Part shown: positions 9,987 through 20,451 of the stretch, piece after piece
Layout: every line of letters begins with the position of its first letter
Numbering within the stretch: position 1 is the stretch's first letter
Source of the DNA: Aequorivita soesokkakensis
GTDB lineage: Bacteria > Bacteroidota > Bacteroidia > Flavobacteriales > Flavobacteriaceae
Reading direction: 5' to 3'
NCBI GenBank assembly: GCA_040394975.1
Contig: JBEBRF010000001.1
Coordinates: 448 to 64,447, forward strand
DNA length: 64,000 nt
Made by a program: the position numbers and the translations under genes
Notes under the pieces: model-generated
What the model saw: only the letters and a program-made list of their open reading frames with translations
What the model was told of the DNA's origin: nothing
Database searches by the model: none

Positions 9987-12900
9987 GTGCCAAATGTTTT
10001 TTCCTTGGAAGAGCCTTACTCCTTTTATATTTACGATGCTTCCGCTGGCAGTGGCAAGACCTTTACACTGGTAAAGGAATATCTCAAATTAATCTTGGCC
10101 GCCAAGAGTGACGACTATTTCAAGCATGTGCTGGCTATTACCTTTACGAACAAGGCGGTGGCAGAAATGAAACAGCGAATTGTGGAAAAGCTGGTAATTT
10201 TCAGCGAAACCAAAAGCTGTGAGGAGCCAGAGCCCATGATGCTGAAAATTTCCTCGGAAATCGGCATGTCCCTCCCGGAAATACAGGCCCGATCACAAAA
10301 AGTACTTAAATCCCTGCTCCATAATTACGCTGCCTTTAGTGTAGAAACCATTGATAGATTTAACCATAGGCTCATCCGCACGTTTGCCCGAGATTTAAAA
10401 CTGGCCACGAATTTTGAGGTTACCCTTGACACCCCACAACTAATAGCGGAAGCCGTGGAATTGTTAGTGGCAAAAGCAGGAAAGGACAAGGAAATCACCA
10501 AAACCTTGCTCGACTTTGCGCTTGAAAAGACCGATGATGATAAATCATGGGACATTTCACGCGATATAGCCACTGCCGCACAACTTCTTTTTAATGAAAA
10601 CGACTCAGGGCATGTTTATCTTTTAAAGCAGAAATCGTTGCGGGATTTTATGGATTTTAAAAATAGATTGATCCTTCAAAGTAAAAAACTTTCGGAAGAT
10701 ATTATATCCATTGCCGCACAAACCCTTCAACTTATTGAGAAAAACGGGTTGCAATTTGATGATTTCAGCAGCGGCTATTTGCCCAAGCACTTTCAAAATC
10801 TTTCAAATGGAAAATTTAACGTAACCTTTGGCACAAAATGGCAGCAAACTATGGGCGAAAAACCACTTTATCCTACTCGGGTTTCTTCAGGAACGGGCAG
10901 TATAATTGATGGGTTGACACCATATTTTATTGAAAAATTCCAACAAACAAAAACGCTGGTCTTCCAGCTTTTGTTGATTGAGAATCTGTTAAATAACATC
11001 ACCCCGCTTTCCGTAATGAATCTGGTAAACCAAGAGATTGAAGCACTAAAGGAAGAAAAAAACATGCTTCCCATTTCAGAGTTCAATTCCTTAATAAACA
11101 AAGAAATAAAAAACCAGCCGGCGCCATTTATTTATGAAAGGTTGGGTGAAAAGTACCGCCATTTTTTTATCGACGAATTCCAGGATACATCAAAATTGCA
11201 ATGGGAGAATTTGATTCCTTTGATTGGCAATGCACTGTCACAGCAAGGAGGGCCACACCCGGGAAGCCTGCTGTTGGTGGGTGATGCCAAACAATCCATC
11301 TATAGGTGGAGGGGCGGACTTCCGGAACAGTTTATGGATCTGTACGCAGATGAAAATCCATTTCAGCGAAAGAAAAAAGTGCTATCCTTGGGAACCAATT
11401 TCAGAAGCTGTGCCGAAATTGTTAACTTCAACAATGAATTCTTCACTTTCGTCTCCTCAATATTCGCGAATGCGGAACACACGCGCCTTTACAAAGAAGG
11501 AAACCACCAAGAATGTAACCACAAGACTGGTGGGTATATTCAATTTGGGTTTATAGATAAAGGAAATAAGCAAGAAAAGGAACAGGCTTATTTCCAGCTC
11601 GTGCTGGAGGCAATAAACAATGTGAAGAGCAAGGGGTTTTCGCAAAACGATATTTGCATCCTCACACGCCGAAGGGCAGAGGGAATAGCCCTTGGCACAT
11701 TTTTGATGGAGCAGGGCGTGCAAGTAATTTCTTCCGAAACGCTGCTTTTGGCATCTTCGGGAATAGTTCAAATTTTGGTGCTGTCCTTACAGGTTTGTTT
11801 GTACCCTACCAATGAACTGGCGAAAATTGAGCTTTTGGACCTGTTGCACGACCATTTTGGGATTGACCAGGATAAGCATTCCTTTTTTACCCGGTTTCTG
11901 CACATTTCAGAAAGAGAATTTGGGTCACAACTTGAAGCGTATAACGTTTATTTCAGTTTTTCGGAAATGCGTTCGCTCTCTTTGTACGAATCGTTTGAGT
12001 ATTGCATTGAAAAATTCAAAATTGCGGCGGTTGCTGATGCCTATCTTTTTGGATTTATGGATTTGGTCTATGAATTTTGGCAACAGCCCCAGACTGATAA
12101 AATTTCCTTTCTCGATTATTGGGAGACCAAAAAGGAAACCGCCGCCATTCCTGCCAGTGAAGGCACGAACGCTGTTCAGCTGATGACCATCCACAAATCA
12201 AAGGGGCTGGAATTTCCCGTGGTCATTTTTCCTTTTGCCGATGTACAGTTGTATGACGCAAAGAGGGACAAACTCTGGTTTCCTTTGGAAGAAGAATCCT
12301 TTAGTTTTAAGGAGTCACAGATTAGTTTCAAAAACGAGATTGCCAATTATGGAGAAATTGGGGAGCAAATGTACCACGCCCATCGCAGCAGATTGGAGCT
12401 GGACAGTTTAAACCTTCTTTACGTAACATTGACACGCGCGGTTGAGAAACTATTCATTTTTTCACAAATGCCCACGGAACCAACTGACGGAATCCCTACC
12501 TGTTTCAATCATCTTTTTGGGCAGTTCCTAAAAAGCAAAGGACTTTGGAACAGCAGCCAAATGCTGTATGAATTTGGCAAGGACGCTTTAAAAGTGTCAC
12601 AAACAAAACCACAGGTTTCGCAAATAAAACTTCAATATTATTCCAGTCAACCTCAAACCCATGGGCTTCAAATTGTGCCCACACCCGAAGTAGAGTTAGG
12701 CACAGCAGTGGTCGCGGCCATCACGGCCGGCAATTTGCTTCACAGCACCATGGCACAGATTTATTCAAACCACGACGCCGAACGGGTTTTGGGGGAATTG
12801 GAGCGCCGGGCCATTATTCAAAAGGCGGAATTTGTTGATTTGCAGAACAGGGTGCAGCACATCATTGGGCATCCAGATTTAAAGTACTTTTTTGAAGGAA

Positions 12901-13145
12901 CGAACAGGGTTTTTAACGAACGCGGCATCATTACAAAGGATGGATCAATACTGCGCCCCGATAGAATAAACTTCAATGAAAAAAACGCCGCTACAATTGT
13001 TGACTACAAAACCGGAGATTTAAAAAGCAGCCACCGCCATCAACTGAATGAATATGAAAAAGCCTTAAGGGAAATGGGCTTTGTGGTGAAAGAAAAGATA
13101 CTTATATATAGTAATGAAGAGGGAATAATTATAAATAAAGTTTAA
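9987..13145 (+). CDS. addA: UvrD-type helicase with C-terminal PD-(D/E)XK nuclease (AddA-like)
   Basis: ASAGSGKT, ITFTNKA, IDEFQDTS, VGDAKQSIYRWRG, MTIHKSKGLEF, LLYVTLTRA, RPDR...VDYKTG. Confidence 0.85.
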   Translation: MPNVFSLEEPYSFYIYDASAGSGKTFTLVKEYLKLILAAKSDDYFKHVLAITFTNKAVAEMKQRIVEKLVIFSETKSCEEPEPMMLKISSEIGMSLPEIQARSQKVLKSLLHNYAAFSVETIDRFNHRLIRTFARDLKLATNFEVTLDTPQLIAEAVELLVAKAGKDKEITKTLLDFALEKTDDDKSWDISRDIATAAQLLFNENDSGHVYLLKQKSLRDFMDFKNRLILQSKKLSEDIISIAAQTLQLIEKNGLQFDDFSSGYLPKHFQNLSNGKFNVTFGTKWQQTMGEKPLYPTRVSSGTGSIIDGLTPYFIEKFQQTKTLVFQLLLIENLLNNITPLSVMNLVNQEIEALKEEKNMLPISEFNSLINKEIKNQPAPFIYERLGEKYRHFFIDEFQDTSKLQWENLIPLIGNALSQQGGPHPGSLLLVGDAKQSIYRWRGGLPEQFMDLYADENPFQRKKKVLSLGTNFRSCAEIVNFNNEFFTFVSSIFANAEHTRLYKEGNHQECNHKTGGYIQFGFIDKGNKQEKEQAYFQLVLEAINNVKSKGFSQNDICILTRRRAEGIALGTFLMEQGVQVISSETLLLASSGIVQILVLSLQVCLYPTNELAKIELLDLLHDHFGIDQDKHSFFTRFLHISEREFGSQLEAYNVYFSFSEMRSLSLYESFEYCIEKFKIAAVADAYLFGFMDLVYEFWQQPQTDKISFLDYWETKKETAAIPASEGTNAVQLMTIHKSKGLEFPVVIFPFADVQLYDAKRDKLWFPLEEESFSFKESQISFKNEIANYGEIGEQMYHAHRSRLELDSLNLLYVTLTRAVEKLFIFSQMPTEPTDGIPTCFNHLFGQFLKSKGLWNSSQMLYEFGKDALKVSQTKPQVSQIKLQYYSSQPQTHGLQIVPTPEVELGTAVVAAITAGNLLHSTMAQIYSNHDAERVLGELERRAIIQKAEFVDLQNRVQHIIGHPDLKYFFEGTNRVFNERGIITKDGSILRPDRINFNEKNAATIVDYKTGDLKSSHRHQLNEYEKALREMGFVVKEKILIYSNEEGIIINKV

Positions 13146-13172
13146 ATTTGAAATCATAAAAAATACACCAAA

Positions 13173-14372
13173 ATGTACGGAAAGATAAAAGAACATTTGC
13201 AAAATGAACTTCACGAAATCCAGGAAAACGGCCTCTACAAACGCGAGCGTATCATCACATCGCCCCAAGATGCCGAAATAACAATTTCCACGGGACAGAA
13301 GGTTTTAAACTTTTGCGCCAATAATTATTTAGGACTGTCCTCACACCCCGAGGTTATCCAAGCAGCCAAAGACGCTATGGACACTCACGGTTTCGGGATG
13401 TCATCGGTGCGTTTTATTTGCGGCACCCAGGACATCCACAAAAAATTGGAGCAAGAAATCGCAAACTTTTATGGAACTGAGGACACCATACTCTATGCAG
13501 CCTGTTTTGATGCAAATGGCGGCGTTTTTGAACCGCTTTTGGGAGAAGAGGACGCCATAATTTCAGATTCCCTGAACCATGCATCAATAATAGATGGCGT
13601 GCGTTTATGTAAAGCAGCGCGCTACCGTTATGAAAACAGCAATATGGAAGATTTGGAAAACCAACTTATTGCGGCAAATAAAAACGGAGCCCGTTTCAAA
13701 CTTATAGTTACGGACGGGGTTTTCTCCATGGATGGTTTAGTGGCACCATTGGATAAAATCTGCAATTTGGCAGATAAATATGACTCATTGGTAATGATAG
13801 ATGAATGCCATGCCACGGGATTTATTGGCAGAACTGGTCGCGGCACCTTGGAAGAAAAAAATGTCATGGACAGAATAGACATTATAACAGGCACCCTTGG
13901 AAAAGCTCTGGGCGGTGCAATGGGCGGTTATACTACTGGTAAAAAGGAAATAATAGAGATGCTTCGCCAACGATCACGCCCCTACTTGTTTTCAAATTCA
14001 TTAGCGCCTGCCATTGTAGGGGCATCCCTCAAGGTTTTTGAAATGCTTTCGAAAGACACCTCGCTCCCGGATAAACTTAAAGAAAACACTTCCTATTTTA
14101 AACAAGAAATGAAAAAGGCTGGATTTGATATTATTGAAGGCGATTCTGCGATTGTGCCGGTAATGCTCTATGACGCAAAGCTATCCCAGCAAATGGCCGA
14201 CATGCTGTTAGAAGAAGGAATTTATGTAATTGGGTTTTTCTTTCCCGTTGTTCCAAAAGGGAAAGCGCGCATAAGGGTGCAACTTTCCGCCGCACACACA
14301 AGAGCACATTTAGACAAGGCTATAAATGCCTTTATTAAGATTGGAAAAAAATTGGGGGTAATCTCCCGGTAA
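13173..14372 (+). CDS. kbl: Glycine C-acetyltransferase (2-amino-3-ketobutyrate CoA ligase)
   Basis: [42 protein letters not shown]. Confidence 0.96.
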   Translation: MYGKIKEHLQNELHEIQENGLYKRERIITSPQDAEITISTGQKVLNFCANNYLGLSSHPEVIQAAKDAMDTHGFGMSSVRFICGTQDIHKKLEQEIANFYGTEDTILYAACFDANGGVFEPLLGEEDAIISDSLNHASIIDGVRLCKAARYRYENSNMEDLENQLIAANKNGARFKLIVTDGVFSMDGLVAPLDKICNLADKYDSLVMIDECHATGFIGRTGRGTLEEKNVMDRIDIITGTLGKALGGAMGGYTTGKKEIIEMLRQRSRPYLFSNSLAPAIVGASLKVFEMLSKDTSLPDKLKENTSYFKQEMKKAGFDIIEGDSAIVPVMLYDAKLSQQMADMLLEEGIYVIGFFFPVVPKGKARIRVQLSAAHTRAHLDKAINAFIKIGKKLGVISR

Positions 14373-14428
14373 TTCCTTTATTTACGTATCAATAGCAACC
14401 ATTTTAGGAAAATTTTATTAGATTTGCT

Positions 14429-14459
14429 TTTGTTTATAATATTTAACAACTTACTTTTG
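14429..14459 (+). promoter_or_regulatory. Bacteroidota primary-sigma promoter of ompA
   Basis: TTTG (14429-14432), 19-nt spacer, TACTTTTG (14452-14459). Confidence 0.65.
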
Positions 14460-14494
14460 CTCATAATTAACACTTAAAAATTAAACAATCGAAT

Positions 14495-15889
14495 ATGAAA
14501 CATCTTAACAGATTATTAGTTGTTGCTATCCTGTTCTTGGGAATTGGAATGGCGAACGCGCAAGACGAAAACAATCCTTGGGCTGTTGAGGTTGGTATGA
14601 ACGCTGTTGACGTTTATCCGGCTGGACTGAATGAGGACCAAGTACTTGCCAATTCTCCCGGGATGAGAGGAGATATCTTTGACGAGTATTTTAATGCAAA
14701 CGACCACTGGAATATCCTTCCATCAGTATCCAAAATCGCTATAAGCAGATATATAGGAAGTGGCTTTGTATTCACTGCCGGAGGTACCATCAATAAACTC
14801 GACCGTATGGGCGAAGTTGCTGTGGATGATTTGAGCTATTATGGCGTTGACGGTGAAGTTAAATATAGCTTCAGAAATGCCTTGGGCGGCAGCTGGTTTG
14901 ACCCCTCCATTGGTATTGGTGGTGGTTATACCTGGGTAGATGATATCGGTTTCGGAACTGCTAACGCACTCGTTGGTGTTAAATTTTGGTTCAACGATTA
15001 CTTAGCCCTTAACCTTCAATCAACCTTTAAAAATGCATTTGAGGATTCTTACGGAATCACTCACTTCCAGCACTCAGCTGGTATTGTATTCCAATTCGGT
15101 GGAAAAGATACTGACGGTGATGGTATTTACGATAAAGATGACGAATGTCCAGAAACTCCAGGTTTAGCCGAATTTAACGGTTGTCCTGATACTGACGGTG
15201 ACGGCATCGAAGATAGAAATGACGCATGTCCAAACACTCCAGGTTTAGCCGAATTCAATGGTTGTCCTGATACTGACGGCGACGGAATCCCTGACCCACA
15301 AGACGAGTGTCCAACTGTTGCTGGTTTAGCAGCGCTTAATGGCTGTCCAGATTCAGATGGTGACGGAATCGCTGACAAAGACGATGCTTGTCCTAACGAA
15401 GCTGGTCCAAGAGAAAACAATGGTTGCCCTTGGCCAGACCGTGACGGTGACGGTGTTGTTGACAAAGATGATCAGTGTCCAGACGTTGCCGGAACTGTAG
15501 CCAACAACGGTTGCCCAGAGTTGACAGTAGAGGTTATAAAAGCGTTGAACGACTACGCTAAGACTATCTTGTTTGATACTGGTAAAACTACTCTTAAGCC
15601 TGCTTCATTGAAAGTGTTGGATAATGTTGTTGATATTCTTAAAGAATACTCTAACGCCAGATTCCATATTGACGGCCATACAGACAGTGTGGGTAGCGAG
15701 GCTAATAACCAAACACTATCTGAAGGTAGAGCTGCTTCCGTTGTGAACTATCTGATTGAACGCGGTATTGCTTCAAACCGTTTAGTAGCTAGAGGATTTG
15801 GTGAATCTAAGCCAATTGCCCCTAACACAACCAAAGAAGGACGTACTACCAACCGTAGAACTGAAATCAATCTGATTCCTCGAAACTAA
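14495..15889 (+). CDS. OmpA-family outer membrane protein with thrombospondin type-3-like Ca-binding repeats
   Basis: Signal peptide, beta-barrel region, repeated DxDGDGxxDxxDxCP units, OmpA C-terminal domain (GHTD...LSEGRA...NRR). Confidence 0.93.
   Translation: MKHLNRLLVVAILFLGIGMANAQDENNPWAVEVGMNAVDVYPAGLNEDQVLANSPGMRGDIFDEYFNANDHWNILPSVSKIAISRYIGSGFVFTAGGTINKLDRMGEVAVDDLSYYGVDGEVKYSFRNALGGSWFDPSIGIGGGYTWVDDIGFGTANALVGVKFWFNDYLALNLQSTFKNAFEDSYGITHFQHSAGIVFQFGGKDTDGDGIYDKDDECPETPGLAEFNGCPDTDGDGIEDRNDACPNTPGLAEFNGCPDTDGDGIPDPQDECPTVAGLAALNGCPDSDGDGIADKDDACPNEAGPRENNGCPWPDRDGDGVVDKDDQCPDVAGTVANNGCPELTVEVIKALNDYAKTILFDTGKTTLKPASLKVLDNVVDILKEYSNARFHIDGHTDSVGSEANNQTLSEGRAASVVNYLIERGIASNRLVARGFGESKPIAPNTTKEGRTTNRRTEINLIPRN
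15107..15520 (+). repeat. Intragenic 81-bp-period repeat encoding TSP3-like units
   Basis: actccaggtttagccgaatt.aa.ggttgtcctgatactgacgg starts at 15155 and again at 15236. Confidence 0.85.
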
Positions 15890-15921
15890 TTAGAGAGGAT
15901 TAGACTGAATAATTAATTATG

Positions 15922-15952
15922 AAAAAGCCTTCCGTTTTGGAAGGCTTTTTTT
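15922..15952 (+). terminator. Intrinsic terminator after ompA
   Basis: aaaaagccttcc-gtttt-ggaaggcttttt plus T run. Confidence 0.85.
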
Positions 15953-15964
15953 ATTTTTAGGCAT

Positions 15965-18694
15965 ATGAGAAGTTTTCTGGAAGAAGTGGTTGCCAAGATT
16001 CAGGATTTTGATTCCGAAATCTCTGAATATACTTTAATCCTGCCATCTAAAAGGGCCGGCGGATATTTGACCCAAATTTTAAGGAACAATACCTCTCAAA
16101 CCATCTTCGCTCCCACAATCCTTAGCATTGAGGAATTTGTTGAGAAACTGTCTCAGTTACAAATAATAGATGCCACAGAATTGCTTTTCAAAAGTTATGA
16201 GGCTTACCTGAAAACGAACGCATTTACACAAAAGGAGGATTTTGAAACATTTTCAACATGGGCGGTCACCCTACTTAATGATTTCAATGAAATAGACCGA
16301 TATTTAGTGCCGCAAGATCAATTTTTCAATTATTTGTTCAATATTAAAAAACTGGAGCAATGGGGCATTGCTGAAGAAAAAACGTCCCTTATAGAAAATT
16401 ATCTCAAGTTCTGGGAAGGATTACCGGATTTCTATCAAAACCTCCAAAACATCCTGCTGAACGAAAAACTCGGCTATCAGGGAATGGCCTATCGCCACGC
16501 TGCGGGGAATATAGCGGAATATATTACTAACCACCCTGAAAATAAACACATCTTTATCGGTTTTAATGCATTGAATGCATCAGAGCAAATCATTATTCAA
16601 AAGCTTCTTGAAAAGAAAATCAATCATATTTTCTGGGATACGGACCAATTTTTTTTTAAAGACCCTGCACACAGCGCTTCCTATTTTCTCAGAAAATACA
16701 TCACACAATGGGATTATTTTAAAACCAATCCACCACAAATTATTGGAAACAATTATAGCGGCCCCAAAAACATTCAAATTGTTGAAACTCAAAAAAACAT
16801 TGCACAATCCAAGTACATTGGCCAATTGCTTTCACAACTTTCGGAGGACGAAATCAACAAAACGGCTATTGTTCTGGGAGATGAAAATTTGCTGGTTCCC
16901 ATTCTTTATTCCTTGCCTGACAACATACAGAGCCTAAATGTAACCATGGGGATGGCCATAAGGAATTTTCCGCCTGTCGTTTTTTTTGAGCTCCTCTTCA
17001 ACCTTCATCTAAGAAAGACAGACACTCTATATTATAAAGAAATTCTCTCCATTTTGAACCATCCGTTGGGGGCTATTTTGGTGCCGGGGGCCGCGGAAAT
17101 TGGCAAAAGACTTACGCGGGAAAACATTACCCATATTTCGGTGAAAAACCTTGAAGAAATTTCCAAACCATTTGATAGCCGGATGTTACGGATTCTCTTT
17201 GGAGATTGGAAGGAAGATAGCCACACAGCATTACGGCATTCCCTATCGATATTGGGGGAGCTGAACCACCAAAATCGTTACACACAAATTGAAAGAGTGG
17301 TATTGAGCCAACTGACCACTATCTTCAACAATATGTTAGCGCTTGACCAAAAATATACACATTTGAAATCGATAAAGACAGTTTTAAAAATATTTTTGGA
17401 ACTGGCGTCAACCACAAATCTGGATTTCGAAGGTGATGCATATTCCGGCCTCCAGCTAATGGGTGTACTGGAAACACGCGTGCTCGATTTTGAAAATGTA
17501 ATCATAACTTCTGTGAACGAGGGAATTTTCCCGTCCGGAAAATCAAATGCATCATTTATTACTTACGATTTAAAAAGCCAGTTCAACCTGCCAACATTTT
17601 CTGAAAAAGATGCCATTTACACCTACCATTTCTACAGACTGCTTCAGCGTGCAAAAAGCATAACCCTGTTGTTTAACAACCATTCCGAAGGTATTAATTC
17701 AGGTGAAAAGAGTCGGTTCATCCGGCAATTGGAAATTGAAAATCAACCAAACCACCGCTTGGAAAATAGTGTGCTTGCGCCTGTGATCAACATAGAACAG
17801 AAGACGCCCAAACAAATTATAAAAACGGAAGCCGTGATGGAACGGTTGCGTGAAATTGCCCAAAATGGTTTCTCCCCCTCTGCGCTAACAAGTTATATTC
17901 GGAATCCAATTGATTTTTATTTTCAGAAAATAGTGAGGCTAAACGAATTGGAAGAGGTGGAAGAGACCGTGGCCGCCAATACACTGGGCACCATTGTTCA
18001 CGACACATTGGAGGGCTTTTATCGCCCGTTTGTGAATCGAGTTTTGACCCAACCGGACCTTGTAGCGATGAAAGAACTTATTCACGAAGAAATAACCGCA
18101 CAGTTCAAAAAATCGTTCAAGGCTGGCAACTTCAGTCACGGAAAAAACCTGATTATTTTTGAAGTGGCAAAGCGCTATATTTCAAATTTTTTGGATAGGG
18201 AAATCGCTGAAATCCAAGCTGGGAATACTATAAAAATCCTTCACGTTGAAACCGAACTGACCATGGAAATCCCTATTCCAGAATTGGATTTCCCCATTAA
18301 AATCTCCGGCAAAGTGGATAGGGTAGATTCCTATAATGGTCAACTGAGAATCATTGATTTTAAAACAGGTTCCGTGGGCCAGGCCGATGTTGAGATTGTG
18401 GATTGGGAAAGTATATACCAAGATTATAAATTCAGCAAGGCATTCCAGATTTTGACCTATTCATTAATGATGAGCAAAAAATTGCCCATCCAAAATGCGC
18501 AGGCCGGAATCATTTCCTTTAAAAATCTGGGCGCAGGATTTTTGAAGTTCGGTGTAAAGGAAAAATTGGGAAGCCGCACTAAATCACAAATAATTACTGA
18601 TGAAACGCTTGAAAATTTCAGCGCCGTGTTGAAGAAATTAATAGTGGAAATTTGTGACCCCAACCTTCCATTCATTGAAAAGGAAATCGATTGA
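15965..18694 (+). CDS. addB: AddB-like protein with C-terminal PD-(D/E)XK nuclease
   Basis: ILPSKRAG, GLQLMGVLETRVLDF, FSPSAL..Y..NP, GKVDRVD...IIDFKTG. Confidence 0.8.
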   Translation: MRSFLEEVVAKIQDFDSEISEYTLILPSKRAGGYLTQILRNNTSQTIFAPTILSIEEFVEKLSQLQIIDATELLFKSYEAYLKTNAFTQKEDFETFSTWAVTLLNDFNEIDRYLVPQDQFFNYLFNIKKLEQWGIAEEKTSLIENYLKFWEGLPDFYQNLQNILLNEKLGYQGMAYRHAAGNIAEYITNHPENKHIFIGFNALNASEQIIIQKLLEKKINHIFWDTDQFFFKDPAHSASYFLRKYITQWDYFKTNPPQIIGNNYSGPKNIQIVETQKNIAQSKYIGQLLSQLSEDEINKTAIVLGDENLLVPILYSLPDNIQSLNVTMGMAIRNFPPVVFFELLFNLHLRKTDTLYYKEILSILNHPLGAILVPGAAEIGKRLTRENITHISVKNLEEISKPFDSRMLRILFGDWKEDSHTALRHSLSILGELNHQNRYTQIERVVLSQLTTIFNNMLALDQKYTHLKSIKTVLKIFLELASTTNLDFEGDAYSGLQLMGVLETRVLDFENVIITSVNEGIFPSGKSNASFITYDLKSQFNLPTFSEKDAIYTYHFYRLLQRAKSITLLFNNHSEGINSGEKSRFIRQLEIENQPNHRLENSVLAPVINIEQKTPKQIIKTEAVMERLREIAQNGFSPSALTSYIRNPIDFYFQKIVRLNELEEVEETVAANTLGTIVHDTLEGFYRPFVNRVLTQPDLVAMKELIHEEITAQFKKSFKAGNFSHGKNLIIFEVAKRYISNFLDREIAEIQAGNTIKILHVETELTMEIPIPELDFPIKISGKVDRVDSYNGQLRIIDFKTGSVGQADVEIVDWESIYQDYKFSKAFQILTYSLMMSKKLPIQNAQAGIISFKNLGAGFLKFGVKEKLGSRTKSQIITDETLENFSAVLKKLIVEICDPNLPFIEKEID

Positions 18695-18753
18695 CGCATT
18701 CCGGGAATTGTTTTTTGAAGAGAGCATTACAGTATCGATCCATTTTCTTAAAT

Positions 18754-18784
18754 AAAAAAACCACCCCAAAAAAGGGTGGTTTTT
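18754..18784. terminator. Bidirectional terminator between addB and tRNA-Ala
   Basis: aaaaaccaccc...gggtggttttt inverted repeat. Confidence 0.75.
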
Positions 18785-18786
18785 AG

Positions 18787-18862
<76 letters not shown>

Positions 18863-19096
18863 TGCTGATTTAGGTTGCGAAAATACTAAAAATTTTTATA
18901 TCGCCATACCGAAAAATACAAAATGAATTCGTTCTGCCAGACGAATCACCCTGATGGTTTGTTGAGGGCAAGCTAATTGAACGTTCCATTCCTCCACATT
19001 CCTTTCATTTTCTGAAATTTATACTTCAGTGAATTGGTTTTGGCCGATGTTCTTTCATCTTAATTAAATACTTTTACAGCAAATGAAATTGCAAGT

Positions 19097-19195
19097 ATGG
19101 ATTGGTTAAAATTTCTTGGGGGACCAGGTCTATTTTTAGTGCTCGCGCTTTTGGTTATTGCCGTTGTGGCGTATCAAAAAATGAAGAAAAAATGA
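19097..19195 (+). CDS. 32-aa single-pass membrane microprotein
   Basis: MDWLKFLGGPGLFLVLALLVIAVVAYQKMKKK: one hydrophobic helix plus a basic tail; below the ORF-track cutoff. Confidence 0.65.
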   Translation: MDWLKFLGGPGLFLVLALLVIAVVAYQKMKKK

Positions 19196-19205
19196 AGGAT
19201 CCATT

Positions 19206-19841
19206 CTATCGCGTTTTCAGCCAACCCGTAATGCTCAATCGCTCTGATGCTTTCACCACTTTCACTTCGTGTTCCAAAATTTGGCTTTCAAAAATGACCA
19301 ATTTTCCCGGCAGCGGTAAAATATCTAAATCCTCTTTTTCTGTATAAAGGGTGAGTTCGCCACCGTTTTCGCGCCTCCAATCAGCTTCGTTCAAATAGCA
19401 AACTATGGAAAGTTTTCGGCGGTCGTCATTTTGGAAAGTGTCCAAATGGCGTTTGTAAAATGTGCCCGTTGGATAAACCGCGTAATGGAATTCCTTATGT
19501 AAAATTCCCAAAAAGCAAGTTTTGTTTAGGTAATTTACCAGCTCGTTTATTTTTCTGAAGAAAACCTTTTCGGCCTCATTTGCGGCTGCTTCATCCATCC
19601 AAAGAATAAAATCGCCGCGAATGGTTTTGTCAATTTCCTCATTGGTTTTATTGCCGATTGCAGATTTTTTGAAACGGTCTGCTTCATATTTTGCAAGCAG
19701 GGAATGACGCAAAATTTCAACTTCCTCCGAAGAAAAAAAGCCGTTCATAATACTGAATTGCTGTTGGAGTAAATCATCAATAATGGTTTCAAACAGTGGA
19801 TTTTCAACAAATTCCAACTGTTCAAAAAGTTCTTCGGCCAT
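19206..19841 (-). CDS. 2OG-Fe(II) oxygenase (SM-20/prolyl-hydroxylase-like)
   Basis: IRGD, FYKRHLD (HxD), GGEL, EHEV, RLSITGW. Confidence 0.9.
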   Translation of the reverse strand: MAEELFEQLEFVENPLFETIIDDLLQQQFSIMNGFFSSEEVEILRHSLLAKYEADRFKKSAIGNKTNEEIDKTIRGDFILWMDEAAANEAEKVFFRKINELVNYLNKTCFLGILHKEFHYAVYPTGTFYKRHLDTFQNDDRRKLSIVCYLNEADWRRENGGELTLYTEKEDLDILPLPGKLVIFESQILEHEVKVVKASERLSITGWLKTR

Positions 19842-19946
19842 TCATATTTCATTAAAAAAGTGGGCAAATATAGTTTAGAAATCAATACATTTTCAGAAAA
19901 TAAATTTCCTTTCAAAAACAGTACCTTTGAAGCTTAAAGAAAAGCG

Positions 19947-20396
19947 ATGCAAACAATCAGGATCACCAAGATTTTTTCTTTTGAAACCGGCCACGCGCTT
20001 TATGGCTACGATGGCAAATGCCGAAATGTGCACGGCCACAGTTACAAACTTTCTGTAACGGTTATTGGCCGGCCGATTTCCGATACCGAAAATGTGAAAT
20101 ACGGAATGGTGATAGATTTTTCCGACCTTAAAAATATTGTAAAGGAAGAAATTGTGGACGTTTTTGACCATGCCACGGTTTTCAATAAAAACACCCCTCA
20201 CATTGAGCTGGCGAAGGAGCTCAGCGACCGGGGCCACAGCGTACTTTTGGTGGATTACCAACCAACGAGCGAAATGATGGTGATTGATTTTTCGGAAAAA
20301 ATAAAGAACCGTTTGCCGGAAAACATACAGCTACATTCACTAAGATTGCAGGAAACCGACAGCAGTTATGCGGAGTGGTTTGCTGGGGATAATTAA
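19947..20396 (+). CDS. queD: 6-carboxytetrahydropterin synthase
   Basis: FETGH, CRNVHGHSY, GMVIDF, FDH, PTSE, QET. Confidence 0.88.
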   Translation: MQTIRITKIFSFETGHALYGYDGKCRNVHGHSYKLSVTVIGRPISDTENVKYGMVIDFSDLKNIVKEEIVDVFDHATVFNKNTPHIELAKELSDRGHSVLLVDYQPTSEMMVIDFSEKIKNRLPENIQLHSLRLQETDSSYAEWFAGDN

Positions 20397-20405
20397 ATTT
20401 ACAAC

Positions 20406-20430
20406 GTCACCCTGAGCGCAGTCGAAGGGT
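20406..20430. repeat. Single REP-like interspersed element
   Basis: gtcaccctgagcgcagtcgaagggt, a GC-rich imperfect hairpin in an AT-rich spacer; resembles a repeat I recall from Flavobacteria. Confidence 0.5.
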
Positions 20431-20451
20431 CTTTTTATATATCTTTGACGA

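Noticed and set aside
15107-15520. Periodic DNA repeat that could be mistaken for an array
   Set aside because: Fully explained by in-frame TSP3-like repeats of OmpA.
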